64,000 nucleotides of DNA from Schizochytrium sp. TIO01 (GCA_004764695.1 SMSO01000014.1:4846845-4910844); one strand, 5' to 3'; positions 22,325 through 32,574 are shown, numbered from the stretch's first letter. Translations and numbers: made by a program. Notes: generated by a model from the letters alone, not told the origin.

Positions 22325-24232
22325 ATGCCGGACTCTGACGTCAGTAGTTTCTCCGAAAATGACTCTGATGTTGAAGATGATGTATATTCACTCGATCGCA
22401 TGAAGGGAATGAGCGACGAGGACCTTCAGGGTATAAACCTGGCTAGGGTAGACATGAATGGAAAAACCCTTAAATTTCTCCTCGGAAAACGCAAGCAATT
22501 GACCAATAACCAACAAGAGCTGCTCAAACAATTCAAGAAATTGGCACGGAAATCCCGTCAACGGGAAGAAGCAAGAGAACAACGGGGAATACAAATAGGC
22601 GTTGCTAGCTTGCAGGAGACCGTGACGGTGGCGCTAGAAAAGAACCTCTTTTCTAGCATTGCGTGGGAACTGCCGAAGTCTACAGCGAGAACACCATCGT
22701 CATGGGCTTTGACGTTTACCTCACTCATGGCGTGGGAGGAATTCGAGGAAGAAGTAATTTACAGTGAAGACTTTACGGGCTCTGATTTCCTAGGAGAAAT
22801 GATTGCGAAAGTTATTTTCAATCCCTTGCAAAAGCTCGACATTCGCCAAAATGCCGACAGTGCAAAAATACATTTCCTCACTAAGGTCTGTTATCCATTC
22901 CAAACCTTGGGGCAGGAGGTTGCTAACTTCCCTGAGATCAGTATTGAGTCTGAACAAAACATCGGTCTCGCACTGAAGTCGGATATTAACCTATTGGCAA
23001 TTGAAAATGAAAACGGGAGACAGGTTTCCAGGGTTTTCTGTGTCATCGAGGCAAAGCGACCAAACCAGTTCCTGACAGAACATGGGGGTCGAACAAATCA
23101 AACCGTGGAAAAACGCAGGAAGAGAGCAGAAAATATCGAAGCGGCCAATGATCCCCGCGGTCATCTTCGGGCTGGTCTCTGCCAGTTGCTTGGATACATG
23201 GTAATCTACGGTCTGAAGTACGGAGTTCTTACGTCTTTCGAGCTCACGTACTTCTGCAAGCGAGACGAAACAGGTCAGATGTGGGTTTCAAAGGGATTCT
23301 ACGGAATTCAGAAACAACATGAACCTAGTGTCAATTTTACGATGGCCGCGTTCATCTATAAAATCCTTCACGACAACGAAAGAAGGCTCCCCTACCCGTC
23401 CCTGCAGAACCAGTCGGTTGAAGTACAGGAGTTTTATCTACATTGCCAGGAGAGCTGGGGCGGGAAGCCGGTCGATAGGAATAACACACTCGAGATTTTG
23501 GAGAACGTTATAGGAAGGGCTTGCGCAGAGTTCATCAGAACCACGATAAAGAGAGCAGCCGGTGAAAACGACGAGATCGAGGCTCTCCGCGATAGAGTCG
23601 CCAGTCTCCTGCCTCTGAATGAGGAGGCATTCAGCATACCTCTGCCATGGGAGGAGGATTTTAATATTGTGGCGGAAGGTGTGGCTCGGATTCCTTGGAT
23701 TTCCTATGAAGGTTTCACATGGAACGTCTTTGTCAAAGCTATGCTAATTTCGAAGGATTGGCCGGCCTGGGTTTGGGCGGAGAACAAGGAGGCCTTTCTT
23801 AAAGAAGTTGAGTTCTACAAGGGCCCACTGCACAAATTGCAGGGTCTTTACATCCCTTTCTTGGTGTATGGCGGCGTGTTCCATGACCAAGTAATCATCG
23901 CCACGACCTCTTCGGGTTTAACTGCGACTAAAGAGCTGGTGATCACTCATCGTGATTGGGCGCCCCGTTCCATCAGAAAATCACTTGCGTGTGTGCATCA
24001 GGCGGGCGTCTTGCATGGCGACATTGCCTGGCGCAACATCGCGCTCGACCTGGAGTCCAAGACTGCGCATTTGATCGACTTTGGCCGCGCCACACAACAT
24101 AAAGACCCCAAGGAGTTTGAGAAGTTGCAAACTGAAGAAAAGGAGGCGCTTGAGGACTTGCTGTCCTGTGTCAGCGCGCGGAAGCGTCTGCGCGACTCAT
24201 TTAGATCTTTCAAGGAAGCACTTGGTGTGTGA
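22325..24232 (+). CDS. PD-(D/E)XK restriction-endonuclease-fold + protein kinase fusion (Crinkler-type REase-kinase) #1
   Basis: KSDINLL...VIEAKRP...LCQLLGYM...YGVLTSFELTYF nuclease-like module; kinase VFVKAM, KEVEFY, LHGDIAWRNI, LIDFG; AATAAA overlaps the stop. Confidence 0.8.
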   Translation: MPDSDVSSFSENDSDVEDDVYSLDRMKGMSDEDLQGINLARVDMNGKTLKFLLGKRKQLTNNQQELLKQFKKLARKSRQREEAREQRGIQIGVASLQETVTVALEKNLFSSIAWELPKSTARTPSSWALTFTSLMAWEEFEEEVIYSEDFTGSDFLGEMIAKVIFNPLQKLDIRQNADSAKIHFLTKVCYPFQTLGQEVANFPEISIESEQNIGLALKSDINLLAIENENGRQVSRVFCVIEAKRPNQFLTEHGGRTNQTVEKRRKRAENIEAANDPRGHLRAGLCQLLGYMVIYGLKYGVLTSFELTYFCKRDETGQMWVSKGFYGIQKQHEPSVNFTMAAFIYKILHDNERRLPYPSLQNQSVEVQEFYLHCQESWGGKPVDRNNTLEILENVIGRACAEFIRTTIKRAAGENDEIEALRDRVASLLPLNEEAFSIPLPWEEDFNIVAEGVARIPWISYEGFTWNVFVKAMLISKDWPAWVWAENKEAFLKEVEFYKGPLHKLQGLYIPFLVYGGVFHDQVIIATTSSGLTATKELVITHRDWAPRSIRKSLACVHQAGVLHGDIAWRNIALDLESKTAHLIDFGRATQHKDPKEFEKLQTEEKEALEDLLSCVSARKRLRDSFRSFKEALGV

Positions 24233-24338
24233 ATAAAATGAACATGAATATTTGGAACTCGTGAAAGACGATGAGGCACGTCATCGCTTTAATCAGAAAA
24301 TGAAGTAAATATTTTTTTTTTTCAAAGCTTATGCATTT

Positions 24339-25319
24339 TTAGATAGCATCTCCCTCCTCCTTGTCGCCTTCCCTTTGTTCTTCACTTTCCGAGTAAAGGA
24401 TGCATTTGTCGTCTTCATCAGGGTACTCTCTGGAAAATTTCGTTTCAATGTCCAAGGGCATGACAGTCGCCTCTGTGAGGTCAGTTGTTGCTGAGCGCAC
24501 CCTACCCATGCATTTTCGCTGAAATAAAATGATCGCTGCCCGTGCAACGAAAAGCCCCAGCACCATTCCCACCAAGAGACCGGACCCGAAAAACACATTC
24601 TTGATAATGAGATTCTCAATGCGAATCAGAATAATAAAGACCACTGCGAGGACCAATGCAGGCACTACGAAGGCTACCATGGTACATGCGTCTCCAACCT
24701 CGCATGCAAGGATGGGGATATAAATCATCAAGGCTGTGCAAAAGGTCATGGCCAGGCCAATGAAGAAACTGGACGCATTGTCATGGAGCGTGTGGCCTGT
24801 GGCACCAAAGCATAGCTCTGGCGATGAAGAGTTTAGTGTGACACAGGTACTATAAGGGTCTTTGCAAGAAAGAGCTGTGATATTGGCATCAGTGAATCTG
24901 GTTTCGACTTCATACTCCATGGTGGAGATGATGAGATTGTAGCCCATAAAGTCCTGGTCCAGTTCCACTGTTTCATCTTCCTGAACATGGTAGGCAACCT
25001 GAAGTGAGGTGGGGGCAAGTGGATTTAAATACTGGCTCGACTTGGCTGCACCGACAATGGACCAAATATAACCACTGCACGATAGTAAGTCGGGCTGGTT
25101 CGTGAAACTTGCACAAAGGTGATACTCGCATGAAATGACCTGATTAACACTATCCAATTGAAAGCTCTTGTCACTCACACTGGATGTGCACAAAAGCGTC
25201 TTACTTGATAAGTTAAGGTGGCAGCCAAGGACCTTATTGCTATAGTAACTGATAGCTTCCCCCCCAACTGCCGCAACTGCAACTGCCGCAAAGAGAATAG
25301 GGTAGACTATCACATGCAT
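24339..25319 (-). CDS. Signal-peptide-bearing Cys-rich membrane protein with C-terminal TM helices
   Basis: 326 aa; N-terminal hydrophobic signal, Cys-rich ectodomain with NxS/T sites, ~3 TM segments, acidic tail. Confidence 0.75.
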   Translation of the reverse strand: MHVIVYPILFAAVAVAAVGGEAISYYSNKVLGCHLNLSSKTLLCTSSVSDKSFQLDSVNQVISCEYHLCASFTNQPDLLSCSGYIWSIVGAAKSSQYLNPLAPTSLQVAYHVQEDETVELDQDFMGYNLIISTMEYEVETRFTDANITALSCKDPYSTCVTLNSSSPELCFGATGHTLHDNASSFFIGLAMTFCTALMIYIPILACEVGDACTMVAFVVPALVLAVVFIILIRIENLIIKNVFFGSGLLVGMVLGLFVARAAIILFQRKCMGRVRSATTDLTEATVMPLDIETKFSREYPDEDDKCILYSESEEQREGDKEEGDAI

Positions 25320-25437
25320 GGGAGCGTGACGGTTAAGTTTTTATCCATACTCTGATGAGCTAACGTATATATATCATCGCTCGCCTGCAGAAACAAAGCA
25401 AAATATTCACAAAACCTTAAACCAAGTGCATGACACA

Positions 25438-26562
25438 ATGGCACCGTGCCCGACTAGCCATGTCCCTGGCATGCATGGTCGCTCTGACCTTGAGTGCCCG
25501 AGTAACCGAAAGTCAAGAGAAACCCAAAGCCAGGTCTCTTCGGTACCAGAGACATGTTCGACAGGAAGCAGCCAGAGTGACATACCTCGTCGCTTCAGAC
25601 AAATTATCTTCTTCGATTTAGAAACGACAGGGTTTGCGCCTCTGCCGCTACTCGCCAAGAGCAACCAAATTGTACAGATTGCTGCCAAGCGACTGAGTGA
25701 CGGCAGGTTCTTCCAGAGTTTTGTAAACCCACAAATGTACATTCCGCCGCATAGCAGCAAGTTGCATCACATTCATAACAGAGACGTGGAAGATGCTCCT
25801 CCGTGGCCCCGTGTCTTGAGCAACTTCATCAGCGAGATGGAAATCGATGATGAAACCTGTCTCGTTGCACATAACTCAAAGTGGTTTGATGAAATTGTCC
25901 TGAAGCGCTGCTCGATGGAGACGGGAAGTCTAGGTCTCTTGCCACAGGGCGTTGTCTTCTGGGACACTCTCCTATACATGCGTGCCAACTACCCAGACAT
26001 GCCCTCCTACCGTCTTGGAGACTTGCATGAATTCTTCTTCGACGAACCGATTGAAAATGCACACCGTGCTGATGCTGATGTGGAAGCACTTATGCGTGTC
26101 TTCCAGCACTGTATCAAAGAGCCTGAGCTTAGCCGTTGGAGCCCAAAACCTCCCGTTTTCGTGAGCGATTTGCGATTTATAGGGCCCTACCGGACCCGTA
26201 TCGTGCGCGAGACCACAGGGGCAACAAACATCCTGGAACTAGCTTCTTACTTCGGCGGCGACTGGTATGCAATGAATAGATGGCTCTATGATGCCCTGGG
26301 CATTGCCAGTCCCTGCACTCGCATGATCATCATCGCACAAGTCTCCAAGATTGACCCCTGGAACGTGCAATTACTCAGCAACTTTGTGCCTTTGCGTGAG
26401 ATGGGCCTTGAGGGGGCCTTCGATGACGTGGACTATTATGTATCAAAGAGGTACATGGAGACTTTCGAAAGGCGCAACGACGAGGACCAAGAAGTGCCTG
26501 TCTTACGCAGCGTGTTTCTGAGCGGCCAAGCCAGAGCTATACATGCTATTATTGAATGGTAA
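25438..26562 (+). CDS. DEDDh 3'-5' exonuclease (DnaQ/TREX-like) with a C-terminal HhH-like motif
   Basis: ExoI FFDLETTG, ExoII AHNSKWFD, ExoIII AHRADADV; LRFIGPYRTRIV...GATNILEL. Confidence 0.9.
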   Translation: MAPCPTSHVPGMHGRSDLECPSNRKSRETQSQVSSVPETCSTGSSQSDIPRRFRQIIFFDLETTGFAPLPLLAKSNQIVQIAAKRLSDGRFFQSFVNPQMYIPPHSSKLHHIHNRDVEDAPPWPRVLSNFISEMEIDDETCLVAHNSKWFDEIVLKRCSMETGSLGLLPQGVVFWDTLLYMRANYPDMPSYRLGDLHEFFFDEPIENAHRADADVEALMRVFQHCIKEPELSRWSPKPPVFVSDLRFIGPYRTRIVRETTGATNILELASYFGGDWYAMNRWLYDALGIASPCTRMIIIAQVSKIDPWNVQLLSNFVPLREMGLEGAFDDVDYYVSKRYMETFERRNDEDQEVPVLRSVFLSGQARAIHAIIEW

Positions 26563-27115
26563 GCTAAAATTATACTCGGGTGGGGGGGCCCCACAATCTG
26601 AAGTGCGCGTTTTTGTTTCAAATACAAGTTTCAGAAGAAGTAATTGTATAGAAGCGGAAGTAGGAGGTCTTAGACAAACTCGACATTCTACGAACCACCC
26701 CAGTATTGCGGATATCGTAGAAGGCTACTCCGTCCTTGATCATTTCCTGGGTAGTCGAGTCAATACAGTTAGCGATCGGATGGAGAGTGCTGAAGCTGTT
26801 GTGGGGAAGCTTATTGAAATCGAGAACAGTACAGAGCGCGGCAAAAGGTTTAGTGAATATGTGCTCGAAAGGTTGAAACAGACATCTCGCTCGTACTTCA
26901 CTGAGTGGTTACGGTTTCTCCTCCAGTTTTTAGAAGTCCTCTCTAAGCTTCTCGAGGAGTACGCGGAATGTTCAAAAAGAGAAGGGGTTCTTCAATCTTA
27001 CCTACGGTTTTTATTGGGTTGTGCTGATTATAAGGCCTTCGTGATCAACCATAATCCATTAACTGTATGCAAGGATAAAGAAGAGTACGGCCGAAGCCTT
27101 AAAAGAGATCGATAA
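26543..27115 (+). CDS. Hypothetical protein (start uncertain)
   Basis: 190-aa ORF filling the gap between co-oriented genes. Confidence 0.55.
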   Translation: MLLLNGKLKLYSGGGAPQSEVRVFVSNTSFRRSNCIEAEVGGLRQTRHSTNHPSIADIVEGYSVLDHFLGSRVNTVSDRMESAEAVVGKLIEIENSTERGKRFSEYVLERLKQTSRSYFTEWLRFLLQFLEVLSKLLEEYAECSKREGVLQSYLRFLLGCADYKAFVINHNPLTVCKDKEEYGRSLKRDR

Positions 27116-27143
27116 ATCACCTAATGGTACAGATACGGTGATT

Positions 27144-28043
27144 ATGAACACATTCGTATTCATTCACGATACTCTCACCGATGCTGGGCTGGACATGTGT
27201 GCCGAATTCGGTGAATCTGCGCCTCGCAACACGCAGTACATGTTTGGGCTGATCGATGACGCAGTTTACCACCATGAGCTGGCTGGTATCTTCCAGGTTG
27301 ATCTACTACACGCATTTTGTGACCACAAGGGCGAGGCAAGGAAGCGTGCACTTATTCTTCTTGCACAAAATGTCGGTAATCTTATTCTCCATGAAGTGCA
27401 GACCCTTCAGGACGGATATGCTGTGGATTTATCTTCGCTTCGCACGGATGTGTTTAACAGAGGCTCCATCCCTAAGCACCGCACTGCATCACTGTCTTCT
27501 GAGACCAAGTTGCTAAATATCCTAATGAATGAGTTCAAAAAGGAAATGCGGTCGTTGCGACTACGGAAAGGTGACGACACAGATGACGCACGAAAAGACT
27601 TGGGGCAGAATTTTTTTGCAGCAAGGGCAAAGTTGCGTATTTTGCATACCTACCAATCTCGACTGCAGGCACTGGTGGCTCACCAACAACTTAACCCCAT
27701 GACACTGGCCTCCATGGAGCGCGCGAAACAATCAGCACACATAGCTGAGCAAACTGCCATTCGGCTCAAGAACATGTGTATCCAGCATGAATTGATCAAA
27801 AATATGACGATTAAAGAACGAATGGCTGCTTTACACAGGCGATGCCATGAGATAACCAAGGAACGAAATATTCACGAAAAGAATTATCGGGAGCTGCAAA
27901 AATACCAACGCATTTATAACCAAGCTGGCAGAGTTTTGGATTTCCATGGCGTTGTTGATGTGCGCCAAGCACAGGTTCGCTCGGAAATCCACGATGCCAT
28001 CGTTGCCAAACAACGTGAGCTTAATAGCTTTAGATATGCATAA
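27144..28043 (+). CDS. Hypothetical helical/coiled-coil protein
   Basis: ~300-aa ORF; AATAAA overlaps the stop (28043-28048). Confidence 0.7.
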   Translation: MNTFVFIHDTLTDAGLDMCAEFGESAPRNTQYMFGLIDDAVYHHELAGIFQVDLLHAFCDHKGEARKRALILLAQNVGNLILHEVQTLQDGYAVDLSSLRTDVFNRGSIPKHRTASLSSETKLLNILMNEFKKEMRSLRLRKGDDTDDARKDLGQNFFAARAKLRILHTYQSRLQALVAHQQLNPMTLASMERAKQSAHIAEQTAIRLKNMCIQHELIKNMTIKERMAALHRRCHEITKERNIHEKNYRELQKYQRIYNQAGRVLDFHGVVDVRQAQVRSEIHDAIVAKQRELNSFRYA

Positions 28044-28075
28044 ATAAAAAAAGATCTGGCAATGTTTGTGTAAGC

Positions 28076-28438
28076 ATGAGTAGTTGTTGTGACGCAGAGT
28101 GTGGTGGTGCCTGTGCGGGATTTATTGATGAGCCAGCCCCGCGCTATGTTGAGGACATCCCGGCTTGGGAGTTAAGGCGTTTGCGGGCGGCAGTTGCCCT
28201 TGAGGTGAATGAATTGGTTTTGAGAAAAAGCATCCAGCGGGCTCTCTCCGAGAGATACAAGCAGCTTGAATTTGAGCGCCGCGACAAAAGCCGCACCTCC
28301 AACGGCGAGGCGCTCTACCTAGACTACGAAGGATATTACAACCAACGCTATCCCTCCACGATCCCTAACCCTTATAGCGCACTTGCAAGGCCCAATATGT
28401 ATGTTCGAGCTATCCATCATGCTTTTCCCCAAAAATAA
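28076..28438 (+). CDS. Hypothetical protein with Cys-rich N-terminus
   Basis: 120-aa ATG ORF in a compact gene array. Confidence 0.55.
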   Translation: MSSCCDAECGGACAGFIDEPAPRYVEDIPAWELRRLRAAVALEVNELVLRKSIQRALSERYKQLEFERRDKSRTSNGEALYLDYEGYYNQRYPSTIPNPYSALARPNMYVRAIHHAFPQK

Positions 28439-28517
28439 TCTCTCTTCTTTTTTTTTCGTCTTTCTCTTAAAGATAAACATGGTGACTCATGGCAGTGGAT
28501 TTTTTGAATACGAAGTC

Positions 28518-29060
28518 TTAAAAGATAATCTTTAAGTTTTTAATTTCTTCATTCTTGAGAGGCTCCTTGAAAAGAGCTTTCTTTTGATCGACCTTGGTTG
28601 TTTTTGCAGTATAAAACCACAATGCCGACGTCAGCCAGGCAAGCATGAAGATAATGCCTAAGATGATCATTGTGTAATTGCTCTCGAATCCAAAGGTGGC
28701 CAGGACCGTCGTGTCGATGATAGAGCCATGGCCGTCCCAGAGTTTGATGCCCCCGCATGTATACTCGTTCCATGCATTGAGGAGGCAGGTGGATGTGGAG
28801 CCGCATTGGAAATTTGAAGGAATGCATGACTCACCATCATCCTTTACCATATTTTGACAGACGCTGGCCGAGGAGCCGTCTGCATTGTCTAAAATAAAAC
28901 ATGCAAACCCCGTACGGCACACTCTGTGATGTGTGTAGTTTGAGGCCGTCAGGGTGATTCCACAGATCTCGCCTTCATCCATGTAAGTGACATAGGCAAG
29001 TGACCCGTAAATCGATGTGGGTGCATAAGTAACAGGGGATGCTGATGGGGAGAATGACAT
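28518..29060 (-). CDS. Small Cys-rich single-pass membrane protein
   Basis: 180 aa; eight cysteines in the ectodomain, one TM helix, Lys-rich tail. Confidence 0.7.
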   Translation of the reverse strand: MSFSPSASPVTYAPTSIYGSLAYVTYMDEGEICGITLTASNYTHHRVCRTGFACFILDNADGSSASVCQNMVKDDGESCIPSNFQCGSTSTCLLNAWNEYTCGGIKLWDGHGSIIDTTVLATFGFESNYTMIILGIIFMLAWLTSALWFYTAKTTKVDQKKALFKEPLKNEEIKNLKIIF

Positions 29061-29122
29061 TTTGTTCTACTTAAAACAATGACGAAATCAATATATTTTT
29101 ATTTTATATATTTTGTTTTAAA

Positions 29123-29385
29123 GTTTAAATGATAATTGAGTATTTTTTTTTTAATTCCTTTGTGAGTGTTATATGAAGTAATGTTTAAATGGTAATTGGG
29201 CTTTTTTTTTAAAATATACTTGTGAGTGTTATACCTATAAATTGAAGTAATGTTTAAATGATGTTTGGGTATTTTTTTTTAAATTCACTTGTGAGAGGAA
29301 CACTGAGTTATATATATATATATATATATATATAGTTAAAACCATAAGAGTAACTCTTACATGGCGGTTAAGTATTTTTTTAAAA
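29123..29385. repeat. Three ~60-70-bp AT-rich tandem repeats followed by a (TA)n run and a short hairpin
   Basis: GTTTAAATG..TTGRGTATTTTTTTT..TTGTGAG x3; (TA)n at 29309-29334; TAAGAG-TAA-CTCTTA at 29345-29359. Confidence 0.8.
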
Positions 29386-30326
29386 TGCTAAATTAATTTA
29401 TCAATTAGGGTTTAGACTATATATTATCACTAGGGCATTGGCTCAAGCTGTCAGGAGTGTTCCTAACGTTCCGATTGTTTCATCGATATCATGATTTGCT
29501 CCTACACGATAAAGCCTCGCTTCACACAAAAAAAGAGAAAAAAAACTTTCAACCTATCTCTAAATTCTAAAAAAAATGACGATCAACCAGAAACTGACTA
29601 ACCAAATATTGTTCCAAAAGTTCTATTAATTCTATTTATCTATGATTTGATATTTTTACAATTCATATTAAATAAATGTAGAATGGAGAAAAAAGCTATT
29701 TCTTAATTGAACTTAACACAATCGTTAGAATCACTCAGTATCTCTTTTTTTTCTAAAGAAAATAAGGAATTGGATTCATTCCCTCACCCACAAAGCTTTT
29801 CTTAAATGCTGTTCCAAACGTTCTCGGAGATGTAATGGAGTTTGAAAAGAAAGTGTAATAGGATTGGTTGTGTTTAATGGTAAGTATCACTATGGAGTCG
29901 CTCGATTGCTTGATTCAATTAGTTTCGAAACGCGTGAGTGTATTTGTGTAGGAAGAAGAAACAAACGTGCTAGACAGTATGTTAGTTGTCTAATCCTAAA
30001 TATCAATTTGGCAGGAGAGGCTCTTCATAAAGAGAGGTTATGAATAATAATAGTAAGGTAGGAGGGTAGACTGAATGATTGAAAACATTTTTTTTTGTGT
30101 TTTTTTTGCCAGTGTTGATGTTTGGTATCCCTCTACAATTAGATGCAGTCGCTCCCTCTTAACTCCACTGCGACACATGCCTATAGTATTAATTACATTT
30201 ATTTCTAGTTTTCCTCACAGCATTTATTTCGTGTCTATAGTCTTTCCACTGAGCTCTAAATTTTTCGTGAGGTATAGTTCTTGCAAACACCAACCTCCAT
30301 CTGGGGTTGGTCCTAAGTTGAGAGAA

Positions 30327-32372
30327 ATGTTGAAATTTTCCAGTTTTTTCACCAAGGGCAGAAGTCAAGACCATACGGATGTCAAATTAGTTGATGCTCT
30401 ATTGGAGAATCCTATATTGACAGATGGGGTGGCAGCATCAACCTACCTAAACACGCTATCATCTCTGCGCTCCTCTATGAAAAATCAGGGTGCAGAGGGA
30501 TTTAGAACGTCGGAAAGTCAGCGTCGATCCCACGCACCAGATGGAGAGCCTGCTGGCAATGTAGGTGCACAAGCTGAAGTTCCCATGAAACCTAGTAATC
30601 TTTTCCCATGGAATAGTTTTGACGAAGAAGTTGGACTAGAAAGCAGAGTAGAGTCTCCCACTCTCCAACTCCTGGTGAATCCAACATCGTTTAGACCTCG
30701 ACAAATTTATACTACACGATCCTTGGAAAGGACATCTGCTAACTTGTTCATGACAACGTTCGGAACACCCTTCACGGATTATTACTCATACCAGTTTCGC
30801 AATTCAGACGATCCTAGGCAATCACTGTCATGTTCCCAGGAGTATGATCTCACTTCTTTTCGCACCGATGCTTTGTGGACAATGGTTATTCAACAATCAT
30901 CTCCTCCCGGATTGACTGACATTTTTGGTTGTTCTACCTCTCTAGATGAATATCCACTGCTACCCCACGAACACAAGAACCCACGCACGTTTCCCTTTCT
31001 TGCCGAGCAGTTTCAAGAACTTAACGCATTTTTCGATGACAAGAACAACGTAAACGAGGATGAAGACGACAACCGCAAACCTTCTAAGGACCCTGAAGCT
31101 GAGATTGAATTCTTACAAAAGAAATGGATTAAAGATGTGAGCTACGATAGAACTAAGCTGAAAATGCCCTATGAAAATTTGATCGCTTATTGGAATCGTG
31201 CAGGAGAAGATACACGCCCCGGCATGACCAATAAGTATCGCTATCCGATTATACAGATCTATATTTACATGATTCGTAAGATGACTAAGTATGGCGTATT
31301 AAGTACTTTGGACCATACTTGGTTTCTGAAACTCGACGAGAATAACAACTTGCATATCTCAAGATGTTTTAAGTTCGACGGAGTCGGGACAAAAAATAGC
31401 ATGCGGTATGCCTATGCATGTCTTATTGAAACAGTGCTGGACAATGGTTGTCGGCTGCAATTATCGAAGGACATGCTTATCAAGGCAGGCGAGATTCCTT
31501 CACAGAGAAAAATGCTTCAATCTTGGTTGGACGTGTACAATGAACTAGCACAATCACACGGTCTTGATTCGTTGGACTCAAACACCTCTGGGTCAAAATC
31601 GAAGAAGGGGGGGTCTGGCCGTAATGGTAACACTAGAAAAGGTGGAAATGAAGATTGTGAGGATGGTGTTTCTGATACATTAGATGGTTCCAATAGTAAG
31701 GAAACTGAGGTTGGTTCTCAGAGAGGGTTTCGTAGGAGCACCGATCATTTTCAAAAACTTCGTGAAATGCTACCTTTCCCTCAAGATCAGTTCGAGTACT
31801 ACGGAGGTGTTCATGACACTCTTTACCAGTCTTCACATGGCCAGTTTGGTGGCATGATGCGAGTGACGACTAATGGGGTTGATACTGTCGTCAAGGTTCT
31901 AGATCCACAAAAAAATGTTAAGGGCGAATATCTTAGTAAGGAGGAAGCCGAAGCCAAGAGTGCTGCTCTTGGGCTTCAAGTCTTTCGAAATGAGATGGAT
32001 GTGTACGAGGTTTTGCGTCCCATCTGGGGAACTTTTGTCCCCTTCTATCTGTACGGTGGTTATCATCTTTTTAATGACTTCATTATCGCACTTACCTTTG
32101 AAGGTAGGTGTCTTGATGATTTATCGATGAAGGAGATTACTGTTGAAACGATGAACAAAGCTCGTGCTGCCCTCGATGCAGTGCATTCTCTGAACGTAGC
32201 TCATAGGGATATCGCACTGAGAAATTTTGTACTGAATCATGTGGGTGAAGTTCGTATTATTGACTTTGGTATGGCAAAAATAAATGCATCTAAGGATGAA
32301 ATGAATAAGGACGTGCGATCCTTCAAGAGAGAGTTTCTATTCCTTGACAGAACGGCGACATCTGGAATTTAA
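30327..32372 (+). CDS. REase-fold + protein kinase fusion (Crinkler-type) #2
   Basis: FRTDALW...HEHKNP...IIQIYIYM...YGVLSTLDHTWFL; kinase VVKVLD, NEMDVY, HRDIALRNF, IIDFG; ORF open from 30075, probable ATG 30327. Confidence 0.8.
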   Translation: MLKFSSFFTKGRSQDHTDVKLVDALLENPILTDGVAASTYLNTLSSLRSSMKNQGAEGFRTSESQRRSHAPDGEPAGNVGAQAEVPMKPSNLFPWNSFDEEVGLESRVESPTLQLLVNPTSFRPRQIYTTRSLERTSANLFMTTFGTPFTDYYSYQFRNSDDPRQSLSCSQEYDLTSFRTDALWTMVIQQSSPPGLTDIFGCSTSLDEYPLLPHEHKNPRTFPFLAEQFQELNAFFDDKNNVNEDEDDNRKPSKDPEAEIEFLQKKWIKDVSYDRTKLKMPYENLIAYWNRAGEDTRPGMTNKYRYPIIQIYIYMIRKMTKYGVLSTLDHTWFLKLDENNNLHISRCFKFDGVGTKNSMRYAYACLIETVLDNGCRLQLSKDMLIKAGEIPSQRKMLQSWLDVYNELAQSHGLDSLDSNTSGSKSKKGGSGRNGNTRKGGNEDCEDGVSDTLDGSNSKETEVGSQRGFRRSTDHFQKLREMLPFPQDQFEYYGGVHDTLYQSSHGQFGGMMRVTTNGVDTVVKVLDPQKNVKGEYLSKEEAEAKSAALGLQVFRNEMDVYEVLRPIWGTFVPFYLYGGYHLFNDFIIALTFEGRCLDDLSMKEITVETMNKARAALDAVHSLNVAHRDIALRNFVLNHVGEVRIIDFGMAKINASKDEMNKDVRSFKREFLFLDRTATSGI

Positions 32373-32451
32373 TATAGTTACTCAACAAATAACTAAAATC
32401 AATCTTGTTATGTTTTATCACTTCTATACATTTTGTTTTCCAAAGTAAGTA

Positions 32452-32574
32452 AGGAACACCGAGTTATGTCTATATGAGTGATCCTTGGGCGATTCTTAAC
32501 TCGCTGGTTAATGTATATCTACCGAAAACCCTACAAGCAATTCTTGCATGGCGGTTGAGTATTTTTTTTTAAAA
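32452..32574. repeat. Diverged direct copy of the 29296-29385 element
   Basis: AGGAACACYGAGTTAT and AAAACC-N17-ATGGCGGTTRAGTATTTTTTTTAAAA shared by both copies. Confidence 0.75.

Noticed and set aside
29405-29411. TTAGGG telomere-like motif inside island 1
   Set aside because: Single copy, expected by chance
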